Assembly (NCBI GenBank): GCA_951406725.2
Contig: OX597834.1
Coordinates: forward strand, 14,508,001-14,572,000
DNA: 64,000 bases
From: Octopus vulgaris
Lineage: Eukaryota
Reading direction: 5' to 3'
Made by a program: the position numbers and the translations under genes. The notes below the pieces were generated by a model. The model did no database searches. It saw only the letters and a program-made list of their open reading frames with translations, and had not been told where the DNA came from. Below, one piece after another: positions 14,131 through 27,194 of this stretch (position 1 is its first letter; every line of letters starts with the position of its first letter).

Positions 14131-14532
14131 TACTCTTTACTCTCTTTTACTTGTTTCAGTCATTTTGACTGCGGCCATGCTGGACCACCGCCTTTAGTCG
14201 AGCAAATCGACCCCGGGACTTATTCTTTGTAAGCCCAGTACTTGTTTTATCGATCTCTTTTGCCGAACCGCTAAGTGACGGGGACGTAAACACACCAGCA
14301 TCGGTTGTCAAGCAATGCTAGGGGGACAAACACAAACACACAAACACACACACACACATATATATATACATATATACGACAGGCTTCTTTCAGTTTCCGT
14401 CTACCAAATCCACTCACAAGGCATTGGTCGGCCCAGGGCTATAGCAGAAGACACTTGCCCAAGATGCCACGCAGTGGGACTGAACCCGGAACCATGTGGT
14501 TGGTTAGCAAGCTATTTACCACACAGCCACTC
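14131..14532 (-). mobile_element. SINE family B
   Basis: Near-identical to 5357-5762. Confidence 0.85.
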
Positions 14533-14534
14533 CA

Positions 14535-15157
14535 TTTCTTTAATACCCACAAGGGGCTAAACACAGAGAGGACAAACAAGGACAGACAAACGGATTAAGT
14601 CGATTACATCGACCCCAATGCGTAACTGGTACTTAATTTATCGACTCCGAAAGGATGAAAGGCAAAGTCGACCTCGGTGGATTTTGAACTCAGAACGTAG
14701 CGGCAGACGAAATACCTATTTCTTTACTACCCCCAAGGGGCTAAACACAGAAGAGACAAACAAGGACAGACAAACGGATTAAGTCGATTAAATCGACCCC
14801 AATGCGTAACTGGTACTTAATTTATCGACTCCGAAAGGATGAAAGGCAAAGTCGACCTCGGTGGATTTTGAACTCAGAACGTAGCGGCAGACGAAATACC
14901 TATTTCTTTACTACCCCCAAGGGGCTAAACACAGAAGAGACAAACAAGGACAGACAAACGGATTAAGTCGATTAAATCGACCCCAGTTCGTAACTGGTAC
15001 TTAATTTATCGACCCCCGAAAGGTACTTCTTTTATTGATCATGAAAGGGGTTTCAGGCAAAGACGACCTCAGTGGAATTTGAACTCAGAACTTAAAAACG
15101 GATGAAATGCTACTAAGCGTTTCTCCCGGTGAGCTAATAATTCTGCCAATCCGCCTC
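14535..15157 (-). mobile_element. SINE family A head-to-tail trimer (184-bp period)
   Basis: Junction gacgaaatac|ctatttctttactac at about 14706-14730 and 14890-14914; the last unit carries a decayed tRNA head. Confidence 0.85.
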
Positions 15158-15171
15158 CTTGCACTGTATCT

Positions 15172-15497
15172 TGTTACTTGTTTCCGTCATTTCACTGTGG
15201 CCATGCTGGATCACCGCCTTAAAGGTTTTTAGTCGAAGAAATACACCCTAAGACTTTTTCTTGAAGTCTAATACTTATACTATTGTTCTCACTTGCCGAA
15301 CCACTAAGTTACGGGGACGGAAACACATATGTTCGACAGGCTTCTTTCAGTTTCCGTCTACCAAGTTCACTCACAAGGAGATTCTGGAGCCGATACTATA
15401 GTAGCAAACACTTGCCCGAATTGCCACACAGTGGGACTGAACCCGGAACAATGTGTTTGGCAAATAAGCGTCTTACCACACAGCCTCACCTTCGCCT
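15172..15497 (-). mobile_element. SINE family B, diverged and internally deleted
   Basis: Same blocks as 5357-5762. Confidence 0.75.
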
Positions 15498-16095
15498 ATA
15501 TATATATTAATATTCTATTCGTAAACTCATGACATGAGCCGTAACGAGGTATGAACGTCCGACCTTAGTGTTGCACAATTGCTAGCCGATCGATGCAAGC
15601 GAATTCAGATCTCATTATCGATTTTACAATGAGAACTATAATCTAAAAGACGGAAATAATACAAAGAGAAACAATCAACATGCAGATCGATTAAAGACAA
15701 TCGATATGGTCAGTCTAGTAATTTTGTGTGAATTTCATCTGTCAATTAGTGAAAGATGCTTGTATGAGATTGGAGGCGCTGGCTGTGCATGGTATGTCGA
15801 AAATATATATTTCTTCTGGGCAATTGCTTTGTATTACATGGGTGGAATTGTCCGAAATTGGACATTGATTAATGGGAAGAACATATGGTGCATGTGTTGT
15901 TTAGCAGATGTGGGTTATGTGTTATTTCATCGAAGCAAGTATGGCGGTGCATTGCGAATATCGGTTGAAGTGGTTTAGGCTACACTACGTTATGGATCGA
16001 ACGATATGCATGCAATAGTCAGTGACCCCACCCAAAAAAACAAAAATGTATTTTTTAATTTTGTTTTTTGTATGTTCTTGTTAATCATTCTTTCA

Positions 16096-16550
<455 letters not shown>

Positions 16551-16699
16551 TTGTTGTTATAGTTGCTGCTGTTGCTTTGTTTGTTTGTTTGTTGAGCGAA
16601 GCGGTCTTCGTCCCAGTGGGAGAAGTCCGAAACGTGGTCCTTTGCTATTCGTAATATCTGCAGAAGAGAAAACAGGTCAACCCCCCGACACCGGGAGAA

Positions 16700-17050
16700 T
16701 CGACGGATTGATGAATGCACATGTTACTGGGCCCAGAAGGATGCTGTTGAGAAGCCAACTTCTTATCGCACAGACACGAGGTATTTTACAAAATGACCTC
16801 AACTAGATTTAGGTTGCTATTTCCAGGATTTCGAGAAACCACAGGGAGGTAATTATCCGAACGCTCTGTCGTTTTACAGTGGTACGCTAGGCTAGCAGTC
16901 AACAACCTTCCATTTGGCAAGCAATAGAGAAATCCATTGGCCATAGGTAGCGTCTTCGTGATGGGCACATAAAAAGACCAAGGACGGCAATATTTACTTT
17001 AATAGCCGGAATATAGCCAGGATTAGCTGCAATTCTATAGAGAAGCAATG
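16700..17050 (-). mobile_element. Highly decayed CR1/Jockey-group LINE RT N-terminal fragment
   Basis: AANPGYIPAI (cf. GPDGIP) and KTTERSDNYLPV (cf. KGDRSDPSNYRPI) in broken frames. Confidence 0.5.
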
Positions 17051-17495
17051 AGGTACTTAGAATTGTGTTAAGGCAATAATTCATGGGACATTTATTCAAT
17101 ATAAATATACGGTGACGGTTAATCACACGTATATTTTTTTTTCATCTTTCCAACTGAGAGAAGATTTTGCAAATGCAGTTACCATTGTAAACATGGTTCA
17201 ACTGACATCATTGTTGCCACAGCGCTCTGTGATTATAAACGTATTTATATAGTGATTAAGTGAAACCTTTTAACAGTGGAAATCCACATCTAATGTTTGT
17301 TCTAATCCAGCCTGGTCCTGTAAACATGGCGGCTAACAGCATTTTACTATTTGTATAATGCATATGTCAGCAGCAATGTGCATTGGAATATAGTCCGCCA
17401 TTTTCAGATGTGTTTTCTGCTTTTGTTCGAAGAATAAAAGTGCAAGCAATACATTGATGTAAATACGATATACTTGTTTGGGTATTTGTGAAAGG

Positions 17496-17556
<61 letters not shown>

Positions 17557-17616
17557 TGTGTGAGTGTGTGTGTGTGTATATATACATACACATACATTAT
17601 CAGTCTCTTTATATAA

Positions 17617-17657
<41 letters not shown>

Positions 17658-17716
17658 AATATATATATGTATATAAATATACATATATATATATATATTT
17701 ATATATGTATATGTAC

Positions 17717-17749
<33 letters not shown>

Positions 17750-18414
17750 TCTATATATGTATATATATATATAATATATATGCATCTAAATGTGTGTGAA
17801 TATGTATGTGCTTGTACGCGCGTCTGTGCCTGTGAATGCACATGCGTGTGCTTTAGTGTATATCCGCTATGTGTGTAAGAAGGGACGTTAGTGTGTGAGA
17901 GCATTTCTGCGAGATTGTCCGCATTGGATAAATGGGCTTCGTTAATGCATGCCTGTTTAACATTTTACTCGTAAAAATCTATTAGCTGATAGTTACTGAA
18001 TCGCATCAAACAAGCACAAACTTGTAATGGAATATGTGTTTATATAGAGAAATGTCAAAAGTGTATGATATCCGTAATGTTCGGTGAATGAGTAGAACTC
18101 TTCAGAAACTGGGCAAGTGAAGAAGATATTAGTAACATCGTGTGCCACGTAATTGAAAAGGTTTGATTTACGCTTGATCAGTAAAATAAGTGAGAATTCT
18201 GAAATTTTTAATTTTATTCGTGAGAAATATACAGGATTTGAAATCAGTCGCAGTATGAAATGAAATCGAGTATCATGTGTCTGTTATGTATCATGTATAC
18301 GATCAACCGGATATTTTCAATGGAAAATTGTAAAATCATGAAGATGACGGTGATGGCGAAGAGGATGATAACACTAATAATAATTGTAAAAATCGCCGCT
18401 GCTCAAGAAAACCA

Positions 18415-18481
<67 letters not shown>

Positions 18482-18482
18482 C

Positions 18483-18540
<58 letters not shown>

Positions 18541-18569
18541 AAATATAAATATAATTTCTCTATTGCTTG

Positions 18570-18717
18570 CCGAACTTAGCGGTTCAGCAAAAGAGACCGA
18601 TAGAATAAGTACTGGGCTTACAAAGAATAAGTCCCGGGGTCGATTTGCTCGACTAAAGGCGGTGCTCCAGCATGGCCGCAGTCAAATGACTGAAACAAGT
18701 AAAAGAGTAAAAGAGTA
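18570..18717 (+). mobile_element. SINE family B, 3' fragment
   Basis: cttagcggttcagcaaaagagaccgatagaataagtactggg..gaaacaagtaaaagagtaaaagagta. Confidence 0.8.
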
Positions 18718-19243
18718 ATATATGTATATATATATATGTGTGTATATATATATATAAGTATTGTTAGATCTTCCTATACCTCTTTCTTCCAATTATCTCC
18801 CCTTCCTCATCAAGCACTCCCTTCTTTATTACCCCAAGTTTTGGTCTTTGGTTTAGACAAAGCCGTATATAAGGCTACAGTAATTAGATAGGCTGTCATG
18901 ATATTAATTAATTTATCACGTTTGTCTAGCACATAGCTTCAACTCCCACAAGATTTAATATTGGTTGATTGAAAACGACACTCCCTCTATTTTCTTCCGA
19001 GAGTAGGTAACTAGGTCACTAATGACAATTATTCCTCCCCCGCTTCACTATAAACTCTACTAACCTATTAATTCTTGTAGGTTCACTACATACGCTAATT
19101 TCCATTTAGACTATTTTCGTGTAGGTTCCAAACTACATGGATAATTTTCTGAACACGTGATACGAATGAAATAGCAGCGAAATTAATGTAAATATTTGAG
19201 CGCCAGTATGAAGCAGTCGGGCTTTGTGTTTGCAGTCTTTGCT

Positions 19244-19329
19244 GTCACCTGATGACAACGGTTTGTTTACACTGATTTAATGCTTTCGTTTATCAAATTA
19301 AAGGATTCGCTTGAAACGGCCGTAATGAC
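19244..19329 (+). ncRNA. Minimal type-I hammerhead ribozyme motif (PLE type), slightly degenerate
   Basis: gtcac CTGATGA (19249-55) ... GAAA (19313-16) cggccg TA atgac; palindromic helix III; helix II weak. Confidence 0.55.
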
Positions 19330-19377
19330 CCGGCGCCTGTACAAATGTGTTACTCTTTTATAATATATATATTTATG

Positions 19378-19420
<43 letters not shown>

Positions 19421-19422
<2 letters not shown>

Positions 19423-19626
19423 CGGGAAGCTTTATGCAAATAAACAAAAGACGAAGGCAGGTGGAGTACAAACAAACAATTGAATTAGTATGGCGCTCAG
19501 GAATATAAATAAAACAAGTCTTTTACGTTTCGAGCCTACGCTCTTCAACAGAAAGATACACAGAAAAGAAACACGGAGAGAAGCAAGGAGAGAAAAATGC
19601 GTGTAGAAGCTAGCGATTCAACATGG

Positions 19627-19629
<3 letters not shown>
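19421..19629 (-). mobile_element. (TA)n-flanked PLE-like terminal fragment with a variant hammerhead (19520-19555)
   Basis: Minus strand: cttt CTGTTGA a gagc gtag gctc GAAA cg TA aaag. Related copies at 56558-56744, 58080-58195, 49780-50008 and 60765-60870. Confidence 0.65.
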
Positions 19630-19674
<45 letters not shown>

Positions 19675-19683
19675 GTACATATA

Positions 19684-19915
19684 ATATAAAATAAATTAGA
19701 GATAAAACCACTATTATGCAAATCAAACAGGGATAGACATAAACCAATACATAAATAACAAGTAATATATATAATAATAATTTTTTTTCAAAAAGTATAA
19801 AATGAATGATAAATATAATATAATAAATTAATTATTATATATATTATTTGTTATTTATGTATTGGTTTATGTCTATGACTGTTTGAGTTGTTTTATCTCT
19901 AATTTATATTTTATA
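19684..19915. repeat. Fold-back inverted repeat with ~90-bp arms
   Basis: ataaattagagataaaac..tagacataaaccaatacataaataacaa and its reverse complement at 19831-19915. Confidence 0.8.
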
Positions 19916-19985
19916 TATTTATATTGTGAAATTTGATTTAATACTAAATTGAATTTTCCCTATAAGTTTGGAGTTATAATCCATG

Positions 19986-20044
<59 letters not shown>

Positions 20045-20228
20045 CCCTTAAATTCCAAGATTTATTTAAGTTTAACAACTGAATGAATTTAATAACACCA
20101 TGAGAATATGAAGGATCATGAAAGATGTTCAAACTGAAGTCCTTCTTGAGCGACGTATTTTTCCATTCGAGTTATGGAATTTTAACTTACTGCCGAGCGA
20201 TTTATGGCCAACCTCTCTCTCTCTTTCT

Positions 20229-20274
<46 letters not shown>

Positions 20275-20343
20275 GTATGTATCTATGTATCTATGTGTGC
20301 ATTTATCCAGTAATATATATATATATATATATATATATTATTT

Positions 20344-20560
20344 ATTTATCTATAAATGTAATATGAGACAAATATACGGTAGCCAAGATAAAACTCTGAG
20401 ATTCGGATGCCCAGGTGGAAATCCACACCACCATCTCTTCAGCTATCAGGCCATCGGATAACTGAAGAGATGGTAGTGTTGATTTCCACCACGGCATCCG
20501 AAACTCAGAGTTTTATCTTGGCTACCGAATATTTGTCTCATATTACATTTACAGATAAAT
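20344..20560. repeat. Fold-back element (~104-bp arms), each arm carrying a hammerhead motif
   Basis: Arms 20344-20447 and 20457-20560. Plus strand: gataa CTGAAGA gatg..catcc GAAA ctcagag TT ttatc. The mirror copy has GAAT. Confidence 0.8.
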
Positions 20561-21254
20561 TCCTCTACATTACATTGAGGTCTCTTTCTTTCTTTTGTTA
20601 TCTTACCATTTTCACCAATATATATATATATATATAGGTACAGTAAAGAAGGCCTACTTCTACGACAGAGTCAGCATCTTCTTAGAACGTTGAACAATTG
20701 AGGTTGCAGCATATTTGACCATGCTACAATTCTCGTATGCATGCTCAGTACATATATACTGAAAACTGCCTGTGTTCTTCCAAAACAAATCTACTCTGTG
20801 CCAAATCGATTTTATTGGGTTCTTGAAAGATACCGTTTCGTAAAAGCTGTTTCGACAACCGTTTCAAAGACTGCATATGAAAGGAGAAAGTGAAAAAAAT
20901 TTGAAGTGAAAGAAGGAGGTTTGCGTATTAGAAAAATGTGATGCATGCAATTATGTGGCCCCAAAGAATTTCGTCCCCTAAGCATTGTAATATGTATATA
21001 TGTATATATATAGTCATTTTGTCTTTTGTTGTATATATGTATACATCGAGACAGAGAGAGTGGGGAGAGAGAAAGAGAGAAAAAGTTGACTTGTTTGAAT
21101 TCGGAAAAGTGTTTACTGAGCTTATAATACTGTTCGGTTTTCTACCGTGTTTGATTAAATTCCTATCAAATTCCACTCTAAACGCTTGCCGTAATATATT
21201 TCTATTGCCCGCATTTCCAAGGCGTATATGTCGCCCTCGTTTCCCTCTCATCTC

Positions 21255-21505
21255 TTTCAGTCATTAGACTGTTGCCATACTGGAGCACTGCTTTCAAGAA
21301 TGGTTTGTTAAATGAATCGACTTCATTATTCACCTTTTTTAAATCTGATATTTATTCTATCGGTCTCTTTTGCCGAAGCTTCATTTTACAGAAACGTAAG
21401 CCCGAAAGTGATGGGAGATGCGGTTTCAAGTGGTCGTCAGAGACAAAAAATACCATACACACATGTATCTATCTATCTGTCTATCTATCTGTCTATCTAT
21501 CTATC

Positions 21506-21555
<50 letters not shown>

Positions 21556-21626
21556 TATACATACATACATACATTTATATATATATGTATATAATATATA
21601 TATGCACATAAGTATGTATATATAAA

Positions 21627-21674
<48 letters not shown>

Positions 21675-21940
21675 TATATATATGGATGTGTGTATACACA
21701 CAAACATATGGATGTGCGTATATATATATATATATATATATACACACAAATATATATACACATATATATACAAAAATTGTTACTCAGAGTTTCGCGTTAC
21801 CGCTCGTCGGACAGTTTTCTTTAGATACGACGGACTTCTTTCAGTCCCGGGCTATCATATCTACGCCAAAGGCTTTGGTCGGCGCAAGGCTATAGTAGAA
21901 GACACTTGCTCAACGTGCCATGCAGCGGACTGCACTTGGA
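21255..21940 (-). mobile_element. SINE family B, decayed, with an expanded internal microsatellite
   Basis: ttcagtcattagactg..tattctatcggtctcttttgccgaa ... ggctttggtcggc..gctatagtagaagacacttgc. Confidence 0.65.
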
Positions 21941-21995
21941 ATTTTATGTTGTTTTGTCTGCTCGATGCCCGACTGTCTCTCCGCATCTTTCGCAG

Positions 21996-22016
21996 GCACC
22001 TCCAACACCGGAAGTG
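21996..22016 (+). CDS. Candidate 21-nt micro-exon of an unidentified host gene
   Basis: Polypyrimidine tract ctgtctctccgcatctttcgcAG | gcacctccaacaccggaagtg | GTGAGT; frame-preserving (APPTPEV or TSNTGS). Splice signals only. Confidence 0.3.
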
Positions 22017-22297
22017 GTGAGTCTTACTATTAATGGTACGAATCTGAGTATTACTATTCTGGTGGATAACTAATGAAGAATTAGGAACCCTCTGCGTATT
22101 ATACGTACACGTTTTTGATCTGTCGTTCTTTATTTTCAATGTATTTTTCATTGCCACACATTTATGTATAATAGAGAATGAAATGAAGGACAAGGATATT
22201 TTTCTTTATCTTTTTTGTCTAGTTCGCACTCCTTTCCGCCGATTTCGCTATTTTTCTTCGTTTTCAGCTTAATTCTTCGGTTTGGTCTGCAATTTTT

Positions 22298-22373
22298 CGC
22301 CCGGTCTGGGAATCGAAACCGCGATCCTACGACCGCAAGTCTGCTGCCCTAACCACCGGTCCATTGCACCTCC
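22298..22373 (-). mobile_element. Head fragment of tRNA-derived SINE family C
   Basis: Reverse complement of the 50915-50990 head (GGAGGTGCAATGG..GGTTTCGATTCCCAGACCGGGCG). Confidence 0.75.
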
Positions 22374-22469
22374 ACACACACACACACACATACACACACA
22401 CACACATACACACACACACACATACACACACATATATATACATATATACGTATATATATGTATATCAGT

Positions 22470-22512
<43 letters not shown>

Positions 22513-22514
<2 letters not shown>

Positions 22515-22701
22515 AAAAAAGCAACAAAAATGGATCAATATTTCGGTACAATTGTTTCGTACGAAGACCAGCTTTATTAAGGCTGCAAATATTGCAGCAA
22601 ATACAAGTGACCCGTACTCATCAGCCGAAAATACATCTGAGCTGGTCTTCGTACGAAACAATTGTACCGAAATATTGATCCATTTTTGTTGCTATTTTCT
22701 T
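22513..22701. repeat. Fold-back element with ~60-bp near-perfect arms
   Basis: aagaaaa.agcaacaaaaatggatcaatatttcggtacaattgtttcgtacgaagaccagct at 22513-22573, reverse complement at 22640-22701. Confidence 0.85.
22541..22630 (-). ncRNA. Intact minimal type-I hammerhead ribozyme motif
   Basis: Minus strand: tttcgg CTGATGA gtacg..cgtac GAAA caattg TA ccgaaa; all core nucleotides, 6-bp helix I, palindromic helix III. Confidence 0.8.
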
Positions 22702-22824
22702 GTTTATAATCACCCCGCATTATCTTATGGTTAATACCATATAGATTGCTGGTGCATCTAAGTTAAGTACCGCATTCATGAGAATTCAACAGAACTCACT
22801 TGAATCTTAATTGCTTTTACTGTA

Positions 22825-22898
<74 letters not shown>

Positions 22899-23683
22899 AA
22901 GACATATAGATGGATAGATGTATAAGGTTGCATAGGTGTCAATGTGTGCGTTTAATATGCATCTTATTTAATTAAAACATATAACGATGCATATATGCAT
23001 GTATACGTGTGTGTGTGTGTGCGCGCGCACGTTTGCTGCGTGCTTTCGTGTATGTGAGGATATATGGTAGAATACACAGGTTTCAGAAAGAGAGGAAGCT
23101 AGCTACAGAACGCAGCATAGTAGTAAAATAGACGAAGCGAAATATAGTCTTATAGATTCCTCTGAATAAAAGAATAAATCAACTTTTTAGCTTCGCTTTG
23201 ACAGGATTAACAAAATGATCAAATATGTGTACAGGTACTAGAATTTTTTTTCTTATTAAATCTACCTTAGATAAATAGAATATCTTTCTCACCTTGCATT
23301 AACATTCGAGTTGCGAATCTAGTATCTATTGAAATGCCAAGAATGATTTTAAAAAATATAGATTCGAATAATTCTATAGGAGCAAACGAATTACAACGAC
23401 ACCATTTTAAATGCTCGTTGTCATATTGGAATTTGTAGTTAGGTTCCGATTTTAAGTGGATTCTCTCTGTTAATAATGGGTTAAAAGAAAAATATGACAG
23501 GAAAACCGAAATGAAAATGGTATGTCGTTCCAATATTGCAATGTGTTAAACCCAGTAAATTGTATATACGTATATATATTTAAGTACACACAGGGTTAGA
23601 GAGAGAGGGACAAAGAGACATATATACATGCACATATATACACACACGTTTATTTCTGAGCATGTGAACATGTATGTATACAT

Positions 23684-23755
<72 letters not shown>

Positions 23756-23764
23756 ACGTACATA

Positions 23765-23810
<46 letters not shown>

Positions 23811-24204
23811 GTTTATGTGTGTATATAAAGTGAGGGGAGATAGGGAGTGAGAGATGGTTGGATAGATGGAAATGTATATGTGTTCTTTAACTCTTATTTG
23901 TTTCAGTTTTTTCATTGCGGCTATGCTGGAGCAGTGCATTTGTGCGTGTTTTTGCCCGTTTGTGCTTATCTATGTGTGAGATAGATATTTTGTAGTGATG
24001 TATTTAAACCAATCAAGAGATAAAATATATATAATTCGACATTTTATCATATGATTATATTACGCTAATCTTCTCTGCGTGTTTCTCACCCGTTTTCTCG
24101 TTCTCGCAAACACGTGTTGTTTCACTTTGAGGACATTCAGGGAACAAACCAATTAACGTTCTACTATCCTACAATACAAGAATGCATTTACTTTTCTGAC
24201 ATTT

Positions 24205-24253
<49 letters not shown>

Positions 24254-24660
24254 ATATCTATCTATCTATCTATCTATCTACCTATCTATATATCTATCTT
24301 GCTAGCTAGCTGTCTATGTACGATATACAAATTTTTCTATCAATGTTAATCTTGTTTCTATCTTTCCAACCTCAATTTCTCACTCCTATTTGTATAGTTA
24401 CTCATTGTTTGGTTATCTTTAATCTTTTATTTTATACTAGTTTCAGTCGTTTAACTGCGGTCAAGCTTGGGCATCGCCTTCATGAGTTTTAATCAAATAA
24501 ATAGACACCAGGATATTTTCTTTATATATATAATACCTATAACTTCTATAGGCCTATTTTGTCAGTAAACAATCCGACACCACTTGTCAATCGACGGTGA
24601 AGGACAGACATAGATATACATACATACATGCATACATGCATACATGCATACATGCATACG

Positions 24661-24708
<48 letters not shown>

Positions 24709-25050
24709 TGTGTGTGTGTATGTGTGTAATGTATATATATATACTGTCAATTTGAGGATATAATATTAGCCTTTTGCAAAAGGTAGGCCCTGAAGATATC
24801 TGGTCACATAACGTTATTTTTATATCTACAACTTTTAGCATGGTTCGAATCCTGCAGTTCAGAATCACTGCTTACCTAGTGACTAGAATGAAACATGTGT
24901 AGGCAATTTTTATGCGTATTTTATGTCAATTTATGTTCCCATAAATTTTATTCGTATTTAATATTTGGTATCTATTTGTTGTGGGTACAAATAAAATTAG
25001 TATCCACAATACATTTCTTCTCCGTTTACTTAAATTATATATTTAAATTA

Positions 25051-25095
<45 letters not shown>

Positions 25096-25098
25096 AAT

Positions 25099-25160
<62 letters not shown>

Positions 25161-26062
25161 CTATTTATATATATATATATATTTACCTATTTTTATAAAC
25201 AAACCCAAAAGCCTTTGTAAATTACGATGAGGTTTGTATTTAACACTTGTCTCTTCAAATCGGAGAATAAATATTATTATATATCACTATATAGTTTTAT
25301 TTATATATATATATATATAGATGTGTGTGTGCGTGAGACAGAGAGAGAGTCTTCTTTTAGTTTCCGTTTACCAACTCCACTCTCAAAGCTTTGGTGCGCC
25401 AGAAGCAAAAGTGGGACACTTTTGCACATCATGCCATGCACTGGAACTAAACCCGAAACTATAAGGATGGGGAGCAAACGGTTTACCCCACAGCCACGCC
25501 GCCTGCGCCTCCTCTATATTTATTTACAATCTATTTTTCACAATATATTTTTACTTAGCGATATACCACTCTACATATTCATTTATACATCTAACTATTT
25601 TCCCATCTATCTACCAAGTTATTTATATATATGTTTACCTATACGTTTTATCTGTCTGTTTATCAATATACGTATTTGGTAATGCTATTTATAATATTTT
25701 TCAATAGCTATCTATCTATCCTTTATTATTCTAGCGATCAATTTTTTGTTATCAAATTTTCTGTGGATCTCTATCTATTTGTTTATCAAATTTACTATAT
25801 ATCTACGTACCTTCTTTCAATATATTCATTGCTTTCCTATCTTTCTATCAAATCATCTTCACATCTATAACTTTATTTATCTACCTGTTTGCTCTCTCTG
25901 TAATTATTTCTGTACCTTTTTATCCATATATTATTATATCTATCTACCTATCTATCGATCAATCAATCAATCACTCTACCCATCCATCTTTCCATCTATC
26001 GATCTTTTATGTCTGAGTGTCTGCCTATATATTTGTCTACCTATCTGTCTGTCTATCTATCT

Positions 26063-26291
26063 AGGCGAGCTGGCAGAAACGTTAGCACGCCGGGCGAAAT
26101 GCGTAGCCGTATTTCGTCTGTCGTTACGTTCCGAGTTCAAATTCCGCCGAGGTCGACTTTGCCTTTCATCCTTCCGGGGTCGATAAATTAAGTACCAGTT
26201 ACGCACTGGGTTTGATGTAATCGACTTAATCCCTTTGTCTGTCCTTGTTTGTCCCCTCTGTGTTTAGCCCCTTGTGGGTAGTAAAGAAATA
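26063..26291 (+). mobile_element. SINE family A monomer inserted in (TATC)n
   Basis: Intact copy, preceded by ctatctatcta and followed by tatctatctatc. Confidence 0.9.
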
Positions 26292-26356
<65 letters not shown>

Positions 26357-26723
26357 CTATATCTATCTATCTATCCTTCTATGTATGTACATATGTATCA
26401 GTCTATCGGTTTGACTGCCTGTCATTCCGTCATTCTATTTATCTCTCTGTCCTTCTATCTATCTATCTGTTTATCTGTCAGTCTATCTACAAACTATGTA
26501 TTTCTTTTGATATATTCATATTTATCCAATTTTATCTCCTGTACATGTTCACATGAATCAAAAATATTTGGCAGTTATTTAAATCTGAATGTGATATGAG
26601 AAACAAATTTGAAATATATGCTTGTTATTGTCACAAAAATATAATATAGTTGCCAATGGGAAAAGAATTATTAACCATGACAAAAATAATAATTATAGAC
26701 ATAAAAATATAACAACTAACAGG

Positions 26724-27194
<471 letters not shown>

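Noticed and set aside
16591-16640. Hammerhead-like ..ccGAAAcgTG
   Set aside because: The core is imperfect and G sits at the cleavage position.
20640-20920. Possible mariner relics (also 38010-38260)
   Set aside because: Motifs are too eroded to call by eye.
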